A stretch of 60,183 nt of DNA, counting the filler. It is 3 parts of 3 records of this genome, joined end to end, with 100 filler letters (N's around TTAATTAATTAA, not from the genome) between each part and the next. Parts side by side here need not be neighbours in the genome. Positions count along the whole stretch, not along the records: positions 1 to 30,931 come from SRR22947725_231; 2 more parts are not named here. One strand, 5' to 3'. The translations under genes were made by a program, and so were the position numbers. Within the stretch, counting starts at the first letter, position 1. Every line of letters starts with the position of its first letter. Positions 1 through 10,398 of this stretch are shown here, piece after piece. The notes beneath the pieces were generated by a model. It was not told where the DNA came from. It worked only from the letters and a program-made list of their open reading frames with translations, and searched no databases.

Positions 1-1157
1 TTTCAGGTTCAGATTTTGTTGAAATGTTTGTTGGCGTTGGAGCATCAAGAGTGAGGGATCTTTTCAAACAAGCTAAAGAAAAATCCCCCGCAATTATATT
101 TATTGATGAAATTGACGCTATAGGTAGAGCTAGAGGTAAAAGTAATATGAACGGTGGTAATGATGAAAGAGAGAACACACTAAACCAACTGTTAACTGAA
201 ATGGATGGCTTTGGAACAAACACAAATGTTATAGTGATTGCTGCTACAAATCGTGCCGATGTATTAGACAAAGCCCTTATGAGAGCTGGTAGATTTGATA
301 GACAAATTTATGTAGATCTCCCTGATGTAAGAGAAAGAAAAGAAATTTTTGCAGTTCACCTCAAACCTATTAAAACAATTAAATCTTTGGATACTGATTT
401 TTTAGCTAAGCAAACACCTGGATTTTCAGGAGCTGACATTGCTAATGTTTGTAATGAAGCTGCTCTAATTGCAGCAAGAAAATCTAAAAAATCAGTGAAT
501 AAACAAGATTTTTTGGATGCAGTAGATAGAATTGTAGGTGGTCTTGAAAAGAAAAATAAAATAATTACAGAATCAGAAAAGAAAACTATAGCTTTCCACG
601 AAGCAGGACATGCTACAGTTAGTTGGTTTTTAGAACATGCTGCACCATTAGTTAAAGTAACAATTGTTCCTAGAGGACAATCACTTGGAGCTGCTTGGTA
701 TTTACCAGAAGAAAGACAAATTGTTAAGCCAGAACAAATTTTAGACGAAATGTGCGCAGCTCTTGGTGGTAGAGCTGCAGAAAAAGTAATGTTCAATAAC
801 ATATCTACTGGGGCATTGAGCGATTTAGAAAAAGTGACCAAACAAGCTAGATCAATGGTTACTGTTTATGGACTAAATGATAAAATTGGTAATTTAACCT
901 ATTATGATTCAAGCGGTCAAAACGATTATGGCTTTACTAAACCATACAGTGATGTAACTGCTCAAATTATTGATAAAGAAATTTCTAATATTATTGAAAC
1001 TCAATATGAAAGAGCAATTAAATTACTTAAAAAACACAAGAAAAAATTAATTGAACTTGCAGATTTTTTACTTGATAAAGAAGTGATTTTTAAAGAAGAT
1101 TTAGTTAGAATATATGGAGAAAGACCATTTGATTTAAAAGATTTATCAAAAAAATAA
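1..1157 (+). CDS. ftsH: ATP-dependent zinc metalloprotease FtsH, 5'-truncated by the window start
   Basis: Walker B IIFIDEID, SRH motif ATNRADVLDKALMRAGRFDR, HEAGH zinc motif, GALSDL; frame is open upstream of nt 24 (SGSDFVEMFVG). Confidence 0.97.
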   Translation, partial: SGSDFVEMFVGVGASRVRDLFKQAKEKSPAIIFIDEIDAIGRARGKSNMNGGNDERENTLNQLLTEMDGFGTNTNVIVIAATNRADVLDKALMRAGRFDRQIYVDLPDVRERKEIFAVHLKPIKTIKSLDTDFLAKQTPGFSGADIANVCNEAALIAARKSKKSVNKQDFLDAVDRIVGGLEKKNKIITESEKKTIAFHEAGHATVSWFLEHAAPLVKVTIVPRGQSLGAAWYLPEERQIVKPEQILDEMCAALGGRAAEKVMFNNISTGALSDLEKVTKQARSMVTVYGLNDKIGNLTYYDSSGQNDYGFTKPYSDVTAQIIDKEISNIIETQYERAIKLLKKHKKKLIELADFLLDKEVIFKEDLVRIYGERPFDLKDLSKK

Positions 1158-1230
1158 TTATTTATAATTATTAACATTTAGTGTTCTAACACCAAGTTTT
1201 TTTATATTTACACCTGTTTAAAAAAACTTT

Positions 1231-1842
1231 TTGAAAAAATTTATAAAATCATTTTTCAATAAACCATCTGAGTCTAACACGTCGGGGTCTGAAAGTGGCA
1301 AATACATGCCCAAAATTCAAGATCCAATTGAAGAGCGTTTCACTTATAACTTTACAAAAAATGGAGGTAAATTTCTATACTGCGAAGACAAAAACGAATG
1401 TGATGAATTTTTTAATAAAATATTAGAAGAGAATAATTGGAAAGATGTTGAAATATTATGTTATGATGATTCTCTTCAAAATTTATTTTCAAAAAAATCT
1501 GAATTATTAATATCAAAGACCAATTTAAATTCTAAGTTTTTTTTAACTACTTGTGAATTTTTAGTTGCAATTGATGGTAGCTTACTAATTTGCGCCGAAC
1601 AAATCAAATCACATAAAGTCAACGATCTTCCGAAAAATTTTATTGTGTTTGCTAAAATCAGTCAGTTTACAGAAACTTTAAGTCTAGGTCTAAATGGTAT
1701 TAAAAGTAAGTACCCAAAAAACCTGCCTACAAATATAACCACAATTAAAAACTTTAATAGTGAAGAAAAAGAAAATACTAATTTTCTTACATATGGAAGC
1801 TCAGCAAAAAACTTGTATTTGCTTCTACTAGAAGACTTATAA
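1231..1842 (+). CDS. LUD-domain (lactate utilisation B/C-like) protein
   Basis: ERFTYNFTKNGGKFLYC and TTCEFLVAIDGS motifs; position between ftsH and cdsA is typical of Flavobacteria; TTG start. Confidence 0.7.
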   Translation: MKKFIKSFFNKPSESNTSGSESGKYMPKIQDPIEERFTYNFTKNGGKFLYCEDKNECDEFFNKILEENNWKDVEILCYDDSLQNLFSKKSELLISKTNLNSKFFLTTCEFLVAIDGSLLICAEQIKSHKVNDLPKNFIVFAKISQFTETLSLGLNGIKSKYPKNLPTNITTIKNFNSEEKENTNFLTYGSSAKNLYLLLLEDL

Positions 1843-1845
1843 AAA

Positions 1846-2685
1846 ATGAAAGAATTTTATACAAGATCGATTACAGCGACTGCTTATGCAATTGTTCTAT
1901 TATTCCCATTATTTTATAATGAATACATGTTTTATCTAGTTGGATTTATTTGTAGTTTAATCCTAGTTTTCGAGTTTATTAAATTAATTTCAAAATATAA
2001 TCACAAGTTTTTATCAAGAGATTCAGGAAAATCAAATTTCATATTATATATGACGTTTCCATTGTATATTTCATTATTTATTCTATCAAAAAATCAAATA
2101 TTTGAAATGATATTTTTAGTTGTAATTGTTTTAACTAATATTATTTTAGGATTTTCACTCTTAAAAAATAAATTTTTTTCATTTTCACTTTTAAAAAACA
2201 GATTCATTGGACACGTTTACCTTGTTGGATCTCTAGTACTGTTTTGCTCTATTCCAAATATTGATGATTTTTACAATCCATATTTAGTGTTTTGTTTCTT
2301 AGCATTGATTTGGATTTCAGATTCAGCAGCGTATGTATTTGGAGTGACCTTTGGAAAAAGACCACTTTTCAAATCAGTTTCACCAAAAAAAAGTATTGAA
2401 GGATTTTTGGGAGGTTTAATATTCTCCATTATACTTTCATTAATATTTTTTAAATATTTGAATCTCGATCTTAAACTAATGGAATGGATAACTTTAGGTA
2501 TATTGACTAGCTGTTTAGGAACTCTTGGAGATCTTGTGCAATCACAATTTAAAAGAGAAGCTGGCGTAAAAGATAGCGGAAAATGGTTACCAGGTCATGG
2601 AGGACTTTACGATAGGATGGATAGTATTATATTTGCTTCGCCATTTGTTTATTTATCATTAATTATATTTAAAAATGTTTCATAA
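1846..2685 (+). CDS. cdsA: Phosphatidate cytidylyltransferase
   Basis: Multi-TM protein with SPKKSIEG and GDLVQSQFKREAGVKDSG..PGHGG.YDRMDS signature. Confidence 0.93.
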   Translation: MKEFYTRSITATAYAIVLLFPLFYNEYMFYLVGFICSLILVFEFIKLISKYNHKFLSRDSGKSNFILYMTFPLYISLFILSKNQIFEMIFLVVIVLTNIILGFSLLKNKFFSFSLLKNRFIGHVYLVGSLVLFCSIPNIDDFYNPYLVFCFLALIWISDSAAYVFGVTFGKRPLFKSVSPKKSIEGFLGGLIFSIILSLIFFKYLNLDLKLMEWITLGILTSCLGTLGDLVQSQFKREAGVKDSGKWLPGHGGLYDRMDSIIFASPFVYLSLIIFKNVS

Positions 2686-3325
2686 AGAAGGTTTTACAAT
2701 CATTACCGTTTCATTTATTATTATTGCAATAATAAATCTGTTGTCAGTTAATTTTATTGATAATGAAATAATTACTAAGTCAATTGGTAGTATTACCATT
2801 ATTGTATTAGTATTAATTCTTCAATTTTTTAGAAATCCTAAAAGAAATACTAAACTTAATGATGAATTAATAATTTCTCCTGTAGACGGAAAAGTTGTCG
2901 CAATTGAAAAAGTTTTTGAAAAAGAATATTTTAAAGATGAAAGAATACAGATTTCTATTTTCATGTCTCCTATAAATGTTCATGTAACAAGATATGCAGC
3001 AAGTGGATCAATTAAATTTAGCAAATATCACCCTGGAAAATATTTAGTAGCATGGCACCCCAAATCATCAGAAAAAAATGAACGTACAACTGTAGTTATT
3101 GATAACGAAAATTTTGGTGAAATTCTGTATAGACAAATTGCTGGAGCGGTAGCCAGAAGAATAGTTAATTATGCAAAGGTTGGCGATGAAGTGGTACAAG
3201 GCGAAGATGCAGGTTTTATTAAATTTGGATCTAGAGTAGACTTATTTCTTCCATTAGATTCCAAAATAAAGGTGGAGTTAAACCAAATAGTTAAAGGTGG
3301 AGAAGATAATATTGCAGAAAAGTAA
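2675..3325 (+). CDS. psd: Phosphatidylserine decarboxylase proenzyme (short type)
   Basis: FFRNP, SPVDG, IFMSPINVH, QIAG and FGSRVD self-cleavage motif. Confidence 0.93.
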   Translation: MFHKEGFTIITVSFIIIAIINLLSVNFIDNEIITKSIGSITIIVLVLILQFFRNPKRNTKLNDELIISPVDGKVVAIEKVFEKEYFKDERIQISIFMSPINVHVTRYAASGSIKFSKYHPGKYLVAWHPKSSEKNERTTVVIDNENFGEILYRQIAGAVARRIVNYAKVGDEVVQGEDAGFIKFGSRVDLFLPLDSKIKVELNQIVKGGEDNIAEK

Positions 3326-3334
3326 GTAAGTAAT

Positions 3335-5944
3335 TTATTTATTCAACTTATTTTTTAAAATCTCAATTTTACTTAACGTATCTTTTTCTTTTTTGAGTTC
3401 GTTATTTAATACATTTTGTGGAGCATTATCAACAAATCTTTTATTACTAAGTTTAGCTTGAATTGACTTTAAAAAGCCTAAGTTATAATCTAAATCTTGT
3501 TGAATCTTTGAAAGGTCCTCTTTAACGTTTGTTTTGTTATTGAAATGAAATTCATTACTTCCAACAATAAAAGAACTTGAGTTTTCTAGCTTTTTAGAAA
3601 AATCGTTTGTTATTTCAGTATTTGCTAGTTTTAATAAAATAGCATCTCCTTTTTTGTCTAAAGACACTTTAGAAAATAGGGTTAAATTTTCTTTAAAAGA
3701 TATACTTTTTTCTTTTCTATATTTTCGTATGCTACTAATTAAGCCAGTTAAACTTTCGAAATCATTAATTATTGATTTATTAACTTTATTAGATTGTGGC
3801 CAATCTGAAATTATTAAGGGAAATTCTTCTTTTGATTTTATTTTCGACCAAATTTCTTCAGTAATAAAAGGCATAAAAGGGTGCATTACAGTCATACATT
3901 TTTTAAAAAAACTAATTGTTTGATTATATGTAGTTCTATCGATTGGTTTTTCAAAACCTGGCTTTACTATTTCCAAATACCATGAACATAAGTCATCCCA
4001 AACTAATTTATATATTATCATTAAAGCATCTGAAATTCTGTACTTATCAAAATGGTCTTCTAATTCAAGTAATTTCAAATTAAATTTTTGTTCAAACCAT
4101 TCAACACCTGCTTTGGAATGTTCGCTTTGATCAATTTCATCAGAAACAGTCCAAGAGCTTATTAATCTAAAAGAATTCCATACTTTATTAGAAAAATTCT
4201 TTCCTTGTTGACATAAAGATTCATCAAATAACAAGTCGTTTCCAGCTGGGGCACTTAATAATAATCCAACTCTTACACTATCGGCGCCAAAATCATTAAT
4301 TAATTTCACAGCATCTGGTGAATTGCCTAATTGCTTAGACATTTTTCTTCCTTGTTTGTCTCTTACTAAACCTGTAAAATAAACAGAACTAAATGGATTT
4401 GTATCTTTAAATTCTAAACCAGAAACGATCATACGTGCAACCCAAAAAAATAAAATATCTGGTCCTGTAACTAAATCATTAGTAGGGTAATAATATTTAA
4501 AATCAGGATTTTCAGGATTTCTAATTCCATCCAAAACAGAAATTGGCCAAATCCATGATGAAAACCATGTGTCAAGAACATCTTCTTCTTGAACTAAATC
4601 ATCCAATTCAAGATTAGAGTTTTTAGTTCTTTTAATTGCTTCAATTAAAGCGAGATCTTTACTTTCAGCTACTACAAAATCTGATTTATTATCACCATAA
4701 TAGTAAACAGGAATTTGATGTCCCCACCAAAGCTGTCTTGAAATATTCCAATCTCTAACATTTTCCATCCAATTCTTATATGTGTTTTTGAATTTTTTAG
4801 GAAATAGTTTTACATCATCATCCATTACCGCATTCAATGCTGGTTTTGAAATTTTTTCCATTTTTAAAAACCATTGTTCAGAGAGTTTTGGTTCTATTAT
4901 GCATTTTGTTCTTTCAGATTTACCAACTTTGTTAAGATGATTTTTTGTTTTTATTAAAGCTCCAATTTCATCTAATTCTTTTGAAATTTTAGATCTAACA
5001 ACAAATCTGTCAAGCCCCTTGTAGTGAAGTCCATTATTGTTTAATGTTGCATCATCATTGAATACATCTATAATTTCTAAATTATGTTTATCGCCTATAA
5101 TTTTATCATTTTCACTATGAGCTGGTGTAACCTTCAAGCACCCAGTACCAAAATCTATTTCAACATAATCATCAAAAATGATTGGAATTTCCTTATTAAC
5201 AATTGGGATTATGGCTTTATTACCTTTCAAATGAACATATCTTTCATCATTAGGATTTATAGCTATTGCAGTATCACCAAAAATGGTTTCTGGTCTAGTA
5301 GTCGCTACACTTATTGAATCGTCAGAATCTACTATTTTATACTTTATATAAAATAATTTACTATTTACTTCTTCATGAATTACCTCTTCATTGGATAGAG
5401 TTGTCAAAGCTTCAGGATCCCAGTTAACCATTCTGTAACCTTTGTAAATTAAATCTTTATTGTAGAGATCAACAAAAACTTTAATAACAGATTCAGACAT
5501 ATCATCATCTAAAGTAAATTTAGTTCTATCCCAATCGCAAGAGCAACCTAATATTTTTAATTGCTCTAAAATTAAACCACCGTGCTCATCAGTCCAGTTC
5601 CAAGCATGTTCCAAAAATTCATTTCTAGACAAATCAGACTTATTAATTCCTTCTAATTTTAGTTTATTTACAACCTTAGCCTCTGTAGCAATTGAAGCAT
5701 GATCAGTTCCAGGTATCCAACAAGCATTAAATCCTTGTAATCTAGCTCTTCTAATTAAAATGTCTTGGATTGTATTATTCAACATATGACCCATATGTAA
5801 AATACCTGTGACATTGGGTGGAGGAATTACGATAGTATATGGTGGTTTATTGTTTGGAACGGAATTGAAATAATTGTTTTCCATCCAAAATGCATACCAC
5901 TTAGACTCTAAAGTTTTTGAATCAAAGTTTTTAGAAATATCCAT
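3335..5944 (-). CDS. valS: Valine--tRNA ligase
   Basis: PPPNVTGILHMGH (HIGH), DWNISRQLWWGH, KMSK and C-terminal coiled coil. Confidence 0.98.
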   Translation of the reverse strand: MDISKNFDSKTLESKWYAFWMENNYFNSVPNNKPPYTIVIPPPNVTGILHMGHMLNNTIQDILIRRARLQGFNACWIPGTDHASIATEAKVVNKLKLEGINKSDLSRNEFLEHAWNWTDEHGGLILEQLKILGCSCDWDRTKFTLDDDMSESVIKVFVDLYNKDLIYKGYRMVNWDPEALTTLSNEEVIHEEVNSKLFYIKYKIVDSDDSISVATTRPETIFGDTAIAINPNDERYVHLKGNKAIIPIVNKEIPIIFDDYVEIDFGTGCLKVTPAHSENDKIIGDKHNLEIIDVFNDDATLNNNGLHYKGLDRFVVRSKISKELDEIGALIKTKNHLNKVGKSERTKCIIEPKLSEQWFLKMEKISKPALNAVMDDDVKLFPKKFKNTYKNWMENVRDWNISRQLWWGHQIPVYYYGDNKSDFVVAESKDLALIEAIKRTKNSNLELDDLVQEEDVLDTWFSSWIWPISVLDGIRNPENPDFKYYYPTNDLVTGPDILFFWVARMIVSGLEFKDTNPFSSVYFTGLVRDKQGRKMSKQLGNSPDAVKLINDFGADSVRVGLLLSAPAGNDLLFDESLCQQGKNFSNKVWNSFRLISSWTVSDEIDQSEHSKAGVEWFEQKFNLKLLELEDHFDKYRISDALMIIYKLVWDDLCSWYLEIVKPGFEKPIDRTTYNQTISFFKKCMTVMHPFMPFITEEIWSKIKSKEEFPLIISDWPQSNKVNKSIINDFESLTGLISSIRKYRKEKSISFKENLTLFSKVSLDKKGDAILLKLANTEITNDFSKKLENSSSFIVGSNEFHFNNKTNVKEDLSKIQQDLDYNLGFLKSIQAKLSNKRFVDNAPQNVLNNELKKEKDTLSKIEILKNKLNK

Positions 5945-5966
5945 ATATATTTTTCATAATTGGAAA

Positions 5967-5974
5967 CAAAAGTA
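5967..5974 (-). promoter_or_regulatory. Bacteroidota -7 promoter element for valS
   Basis: TACTTTTG on the minus strand matches TAnnTTTG, 22 nt upstream of the valS start. Confidence 0.55.
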
Positions 5975-6051
5975 GTTAACTAAAAAGTAATTTAAAAGGT
6001 AAGTTGTATTTTTGTAATATATTTAAAAAAGAAATTTTAATTTTAATTAAG

Positions 6052-6468
6052 ATGAAGAAAATATTATTATTCACAGCTTTGTTATTTTTTGTAACAAACC
6101 TTTTTAGTCAAGAAAATTTAGCTGAAATAAAATTTACTGAAACAGTAATTGATTATGGCGTAATTGAAAACGGAGAAGATGGAAACAGAATATTTAAATT
6201 TAAAAATATTGGGAATAGCCCACTCATATTTACTAGAATTTTTTCATCCTGTGGTTGTACTATTCCAAAAAAACCAGAAAAACCTGTATTACCTGGTGAG
6301 TCTGGAGAAATCGAAGTTAGTTACGACACGAAAAGAACTGGAATTTTTCAAAAAGCAATTACAGTAAGGTCCAATGCTAAAACAACAAATGTTATACTCA
6401 GAATAAAGGGAGAAGTTTTGCCAGAACCTGATGAAGATGAAGAAGGTAAAAAGTATAAAATCAAATAA
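6052..6468 (+). CDS. DUF1573-domain secreted Ig-like protein
   Basis: Signal peptide from ATG 6052 (MKKILLF); F.FKN.G..PL and SSCGCT motifs; TATTTTTG promoter-like element at 6007-6014. Confidence 0.8.
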   Translation: MKKILLFTALLFFVTNLFSQENLAEIKFTETVIDYGVIENGEDGNRIFKFKNIGNSPLIFTRIFSSCGCTIPKKPEKPVLPGESGEIEVSYDTKRTGIFQKAITVRSNAKTTNVILRIKGEVLPEPDEDEEGKKYKIK

Positions 6469-6497
6469 AGCATTCACTCTCAATTAATATATAAAAA

Positions 6498-7508
6498 TTG
6501 AAAACGCATATCTCTTCACTAAAAGAATTCAACACTTTTGGAATAGATGTATTAGCTAATAATTTTAATAAAGCTAAAAACGAGGATGAAATTCTACATT
6601 TTTTAATAGAAAATAAATGCAACCCGCTTATTCTTGGTGGAGGATCTAATATACTTTTCAAGAACAATATCAATAAACCTATTTTAAAAATTGAAATTAA
6701 AGGAATACAAATCATTGAAGAAAATGAAAATTCTATATATGTTTCTGTTGGGGCTGGGGAAAATTGGAATGATTTTGTAAGATGGAGTTTAGCTAAAAAT
6801 TATGGAGGTATTGAAAATTTAAGTTTAATACCTGGTAATGTTGGCAGTGCTCCAATTCAAAATATTGGAGCATATGGAGCTGAATTAAAAGATGTTTTTC
6901 ACAGCTGCAGAGCTATTTCTATTGATAATAAAATAATAAAAACATTTATCAAGGATGAATGTAATTTCACTTACCGTAGTTCAATCTTTAAAGAAAAACT
7001 TAAAAACAAGTACGTAATTTCAAGAGTCACTTTTAGACTTTCAAAAACAAACCACGTCATAAATTCTGAGTATAAGCCATTGAAAAATTTACTAAATGAA
7101 AGGGGAATTATAACCCCAACTATTCAGGATATTTCAAAACTGGTAATTGAGATTAGAACTAATAAACTGCCTGACCCAAAAAAAATTGGAAATTGTGGAA
7201 GTTTTTTCAAAAACCCAATAATTTCAAACTTAAAATTTAAAAATTTATTTAAAAAATTCAATACAATTCCGAATTATAAAATTTCAAAAAATGAAGTTAA
7301 GATTCCAGCGGCATGGTTAATTGAAGAATGTGGTTTCAAAGGTAAAATTGAAGGAAAAACCGGAACACATAAAAAACATGCTCTTGTTATTGTAAATAAT
7401 GGTGGAGCATCTGGAGAAGAAATTTATAAATTTTCACAAAACATTAAAAAAAGTGTTTTAAAAAAATTTAATATCTTGCTTGAAGAAGAAGTTAATATAT
7501 TTGAATAA
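6498..7508 (+). CDS. murB: UDP-N-acetylmuramate dehydrogenase
   Basis: LGGGSNILF, IPGNVGSAPIQNIGAYG, GSFFKNP, HALVIVN, LEEEV. Confidence 0.96.
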   Translation: MKTHISSLKEFNTFGIDVLANNFNKAKNEDEILHFLIENKCNPLILGGGSNILFKNNINKPILKIEIKGIQIIEENENSIYVSVGAGENWNDFVRWSLAKNYGGIENLSLIPGNVGSAPIQNIGAYGAELKDVFHSCRAISIDNKIIKTFIKDECNFTYRSSIFKEKLKNKYVISRVTFRLSKTNHVINSEYKPLKNLLNERGIITPTIQDISKLVIEIRTNKLPDPKKIGNCGSFFKNPIISNLKFKNLFKKFNTIPNYKISKNEVKIPAAWLIEECGFKGKIEGKTGTHKKHALVIVNNGGASGEEIYKFSQNIKKSVLKKFNILLEEEVNIFE

Positions 7509-7711
7509 TGGTTGAATTATTTATTATAACATTTTTATTAATTGGGTTAGCGTTCGCAGGAATTGCAATTAAAATTATTGTAAAAAAAGATGGGAAATTT
7601 GCCGGTACATGCGCTAGCGCAAGTCCTTTTTTAAATAAGGACAATGAACCGTGTGGAATATGCGGAAAACTTCCTACGGAAACAGAATGCAAAAATCCTG
7701 AAACAAAATAA
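7508..7711 (+). CDS. Small single-TM Cys-rich protein (NqrM/DUF539-like architecture)
   Basis: N-terminal TM helix followed by GTCAS, CGICG and a fourth Cys; start overlaps the murB stop (TAATG). Confidence 0.7.
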   Translation: MVELFIITFLLIGLAFAGIAIKIIVKKDGKFAGTCASASPFLNKDNEPCGICGKLPTETECKNPETK

Positions 7712-7715
7712 TCTT

Positions 7716-8267
7716 TTGTCTGTCAACACTACAGTTATAAATCAAATCAACTTAGCAAAAGAAAATAACCAAAATGCTTTTAGCTTTTTGCTTAATCTCT
7801 ATTGGGATGATGTTTATAAATTTCAGCTTAAAAGGTCTAATAACGAAGCTGACGCTGAAGATATTACTATTGAGAGTTTCGCAAAAGCTTTTGAAAAGAT
7901 AAAAACTTATAATCAAAAATACGTCTTCAAAACCTGGTTAATTACGATTTCAAAAAATCTTCATATTGATCAGTTAAGAAAAAATAAAAATAGATTTGAC
8001 TTGAATCATTTAAATGAAAATATTCAAATTAAAGAAAATTCACCAAGTCCTGAGGATAACTTAATTAATGAGCAAAAACTAAAATCATTAAAATTTAAAA
8101 TAAATAAATTAAAACCTCATTATAAAGAAGTTATTGAACTAAAGTGTTTCAATGAACTTAGTTATAAAGAAATTTCAATCAAACTAAATCAGCCAATTAA
8201 TAACATCAAAGTAAAAGTTTTAAGGGCAAAAAAAATTCTGTTTCAATTAATTTCAGAAAATGATTAA
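7716..8267 (+). CDS. ECF RNA polymerase sigma factor
   Basis: Region 2 DAEDITIESFAKAF and FKTWLITISKN, region 4 LSYKEIS...KVKVLRAK; TTG at 7716 chosen over the overlapping ATG at 7644, so the start is uncertain. Confidence 0.85.
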   Translation: MSVNTTVINQINLAKENNQNAFSFLLNLYWDDVYKFQLKRSNNEADAEDITIESFAKAFEKIKTYNQKYVFKTWLITISKNLHIDQLRKNKNRFDLNHLNENIQIKENSPSPEDNLINEQKLKSLKFKINKLKPHYKEVIELKCFNELSYKEISIKLNQPINNIKVKVLRAKKILFQLISEND

Positions 8268-9471
8268 TATATTAAAAAAATTAGGCCCAGGCTTACTTTT
8301 TGCTGGAGCAGCTATTGGCGTTTCACATTTGGTACAATCCACACGAGCTGGAGCTGATTTTGGTTTTAGTTTATTATGGGTGCTAATTCTTTCAAATATT
8401 ATCAAATATCCATTTTTTTTATTTGGACCAAAATATGCTATGGCAACTGGTGAAACTCTTCTTCATGGATATAAAAAAATGAATACTAGTGTTTTAGTAA
8501 TTTATTTTATTTTATCAATTGTTACAATGTTTACAATCCAGACTGCAGTAACAATTGTGACAGCTGGTTTAGCAATTGAACTTTTTGGAATTTCATCTAA
8601 CATCACAACCTGGGCAGTTATTATAACAATTTTGTGTTTGTTTATTTTAATAATTGGCCGTTACAAGTTTTTAGACAACCTGATGAAATTTGTAATTATA
8701 CTACTGACTATTAGTACAATATTTGCTGTATTTTTCGCAGGTTTTGGATCTACAAATTCATTTGAAATAAAACAAGTTTTTCCCACAACAGAAATTGGAA
8801 TTGCATTTCTAGCAGCATTTATGGGATGGATGCCAGCTCCTTTAGATGTTTCAATTTGGCAGTCCATTTGGACTCTTGAAAAAAGAAAAAAAGAAAAAAT
8901 ATTTAATACAAAAAATGCAATCTTTGACTTCAATGTTGGATATACAACAACGATTATTTTGGGATTATGTTTTCTATGTTTAGGTGCATTTGTGATGTTT
9001 GGAAGCGGAGAAAATTTTTCAAATAACGGAGGAGAATTTGCTAAACAATTAATTAATCTTTACACCAAGTCTATTGGAGATGGGGTATTCTTAATCATTG
9101 CAATAGCAGCTTTTACTACAATGTTTAGTACAACTATAACTTGTCTAGATGCATCTCCAAGAGCAATGAAAATCAGCTCAGAACTTCTTGGTTTCAAAGG
9201 TTTTAAAAATTATAATTTATGGATAATAATATTATCAATTGGGACATTAATGATTTTTATATTTTTCATTTCTGAAATGGGACTATTAGTAAAGATAGCT
9301 ACTATACTATCATTTATAACTGCTCCTTTTTATGCATTCATTAATTATAAATTAATTAATAGTAAATACACTCCAAAAGAACATAGACCATCAAAATTTA
9401 TTAACATTCTTAGTATTATCGGGCTAATCTTTTTAACATGTTTTAGTCTTTGGTATATTTCAATTTTATAA
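8260..9471 (+). CDS. Nramp-superfamily divalent cation/solute permease
   Basis: GPGLLFAGAAIGVSHLVQSTRAGA motif, about 11 TM segments, GWMPAP. Confidence 0.75.
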   Translation: MINILKKLGPGLLFAGAAIGVSHLVQSTRAGADFGFSLLWVLILSNIIKYPFFLFGPKYAMATGETLLHGYKKMNTSVLVIYFILSIVTMFTIQTAVTIVTAGLAIELFGISSNITTWAVIITILCLFILIIGRYKFLDNLMKFVIILLTISTIFAVFFAGFGSTNSFEIKQVFPTTEIGIAFLAAFMGWMPAPLDVSIWQSIWTLEKRKKEKIFNTKNAIFDFNVGYTTTIILGLCFLCLGAFVMFGSGENFSNNGGEFAKQLINLYTKSIGDGVFLIIAIAAFTTMFSTTITCLDASPRAMKISSELLGFKGFKNYNLWIIILSIGTLMIFIFFISEMGLLVKIATILSFITAPFYAFINYKLINSKYTPKEHRPSKFINILSIIGLIFLTCFSLWYISIL

Positions 9472-9492
9472 TGATTTTTAAACAACAGTTTG

Positions 9493-9500
9493 TATATTTG
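9493..9500 (+). promoter_or_regulatory. Bacteroidota -7 promoter element for lipA
   Basis: TATATTTG (TAnnTTTG) 22 nt upstream of the lipA ATG. Confidence 0.55.
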
Positions 9501-9522
9501 TTCCTAAAATTTAATTAAATTT

Positions 9523-10398
9523 ATGTCTGATATTACAGATGTTATTGAACCTAAAATTGCCAAAAAACCTAAATGGATTCGTGTAAAACTACCAACTGGT
9601 AAAAAATATACAGAACTAAGATCTTTAGTTGATAAGTATAAACTAAATACCATATGTTCATCTGGAAGCTGCCCAAATATGGGTGAATGTTGGGGAGAAG
9701 GTACCGCTACATTTATGATTTTAGGTAATATATGTACACGATCATGTGGTTTCTGCGGTGTAAAAACTGGAAGACCAGAGACAATTGATTGGGAAGAACC
9801 TGAAAAAGTTGCAAATTCAATTAAAATTATGAATATTCAACATGCTGTTTTAACATCAGTAGATAGAGATGATTTAAAGGATATGGGTACTCTTATTTGG
9901 ACCGAAACAGTAAAAAGCATTAGAAGAATTAGTCCAGGAACTACTCTGGAAACACTAATTCCAGATTTTCAAGGAATAGGAAAACATCTTGATAAAATTA
10001 TTGATGTAAATCCTGAAGTTGTTTCCCATAATATGGAAACAGTAAGAAGATTAACTCGTGAGGTAAGAATTCAAGCTAAATATGATAGAAGTTTAAATGT
10101 ATTAAAGTACTTGAAAGACAACGGAATAAAAAGAACAAAATCAGGGATTATGCTTGGTCTTGGCGAAATGGAAAATGAAGTCTATGAAACACTTAACGAT
10201 CTATCAATAAATAATGTTGACATAGTAACACTTGGACAATACCTGCAGCCTTCAAAAAAACATTTACCTGTAAAAGAATTTATATCTCCAGATCAATTTA
10301 AAAAGTATGAGTTGTTTGCTAAAGGTTTAGGGTTTAGGCATGTAGAAAGTGGTCCTTTAGTAAGATCATCTTATAAAGCAAAAAAACATATCAGCTGA
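9523..10398 (+). CDS. lipA: Lipoyl synthase
   Basis: [12 protein letters not shown] auxiliary cluster motif, CTRSCGFC radical SAM motif, VRSSY. Confidence 0.97.
   Translation: MSDITDVIEPKIAKKPKWIRVKLPTGKKYTELRSLVDKYKLNTICSSGSCPNMGECWGEGTATFMILGNICTRSCGFCGVKTGRPETIDWEEPEKVANSIKIMNIQHAVLTSVDRDDLKDMGTLIWTETVKSIRRISPGTTLETLIPDFQGIGKHLDKIIDVNPEVVSHNMETVRRLTREVRIQAKYDRSLNVLKYLKDNGIKRTKSGIMLGLGEMENEVYETLNDLSINNVDIVTLGQYLQPSKKHLPVKEFISPDQFKKYELFAKGLGFRHVESGPLVRSSYKAKKHIS

Noticed and set aside
356..841. 161-aa antisense ORF within ftsH, and similar antisense ORFs in valS, gltB and rnd
   Set aside because: Frame shadows of conserved genes with no motifs or expression signals
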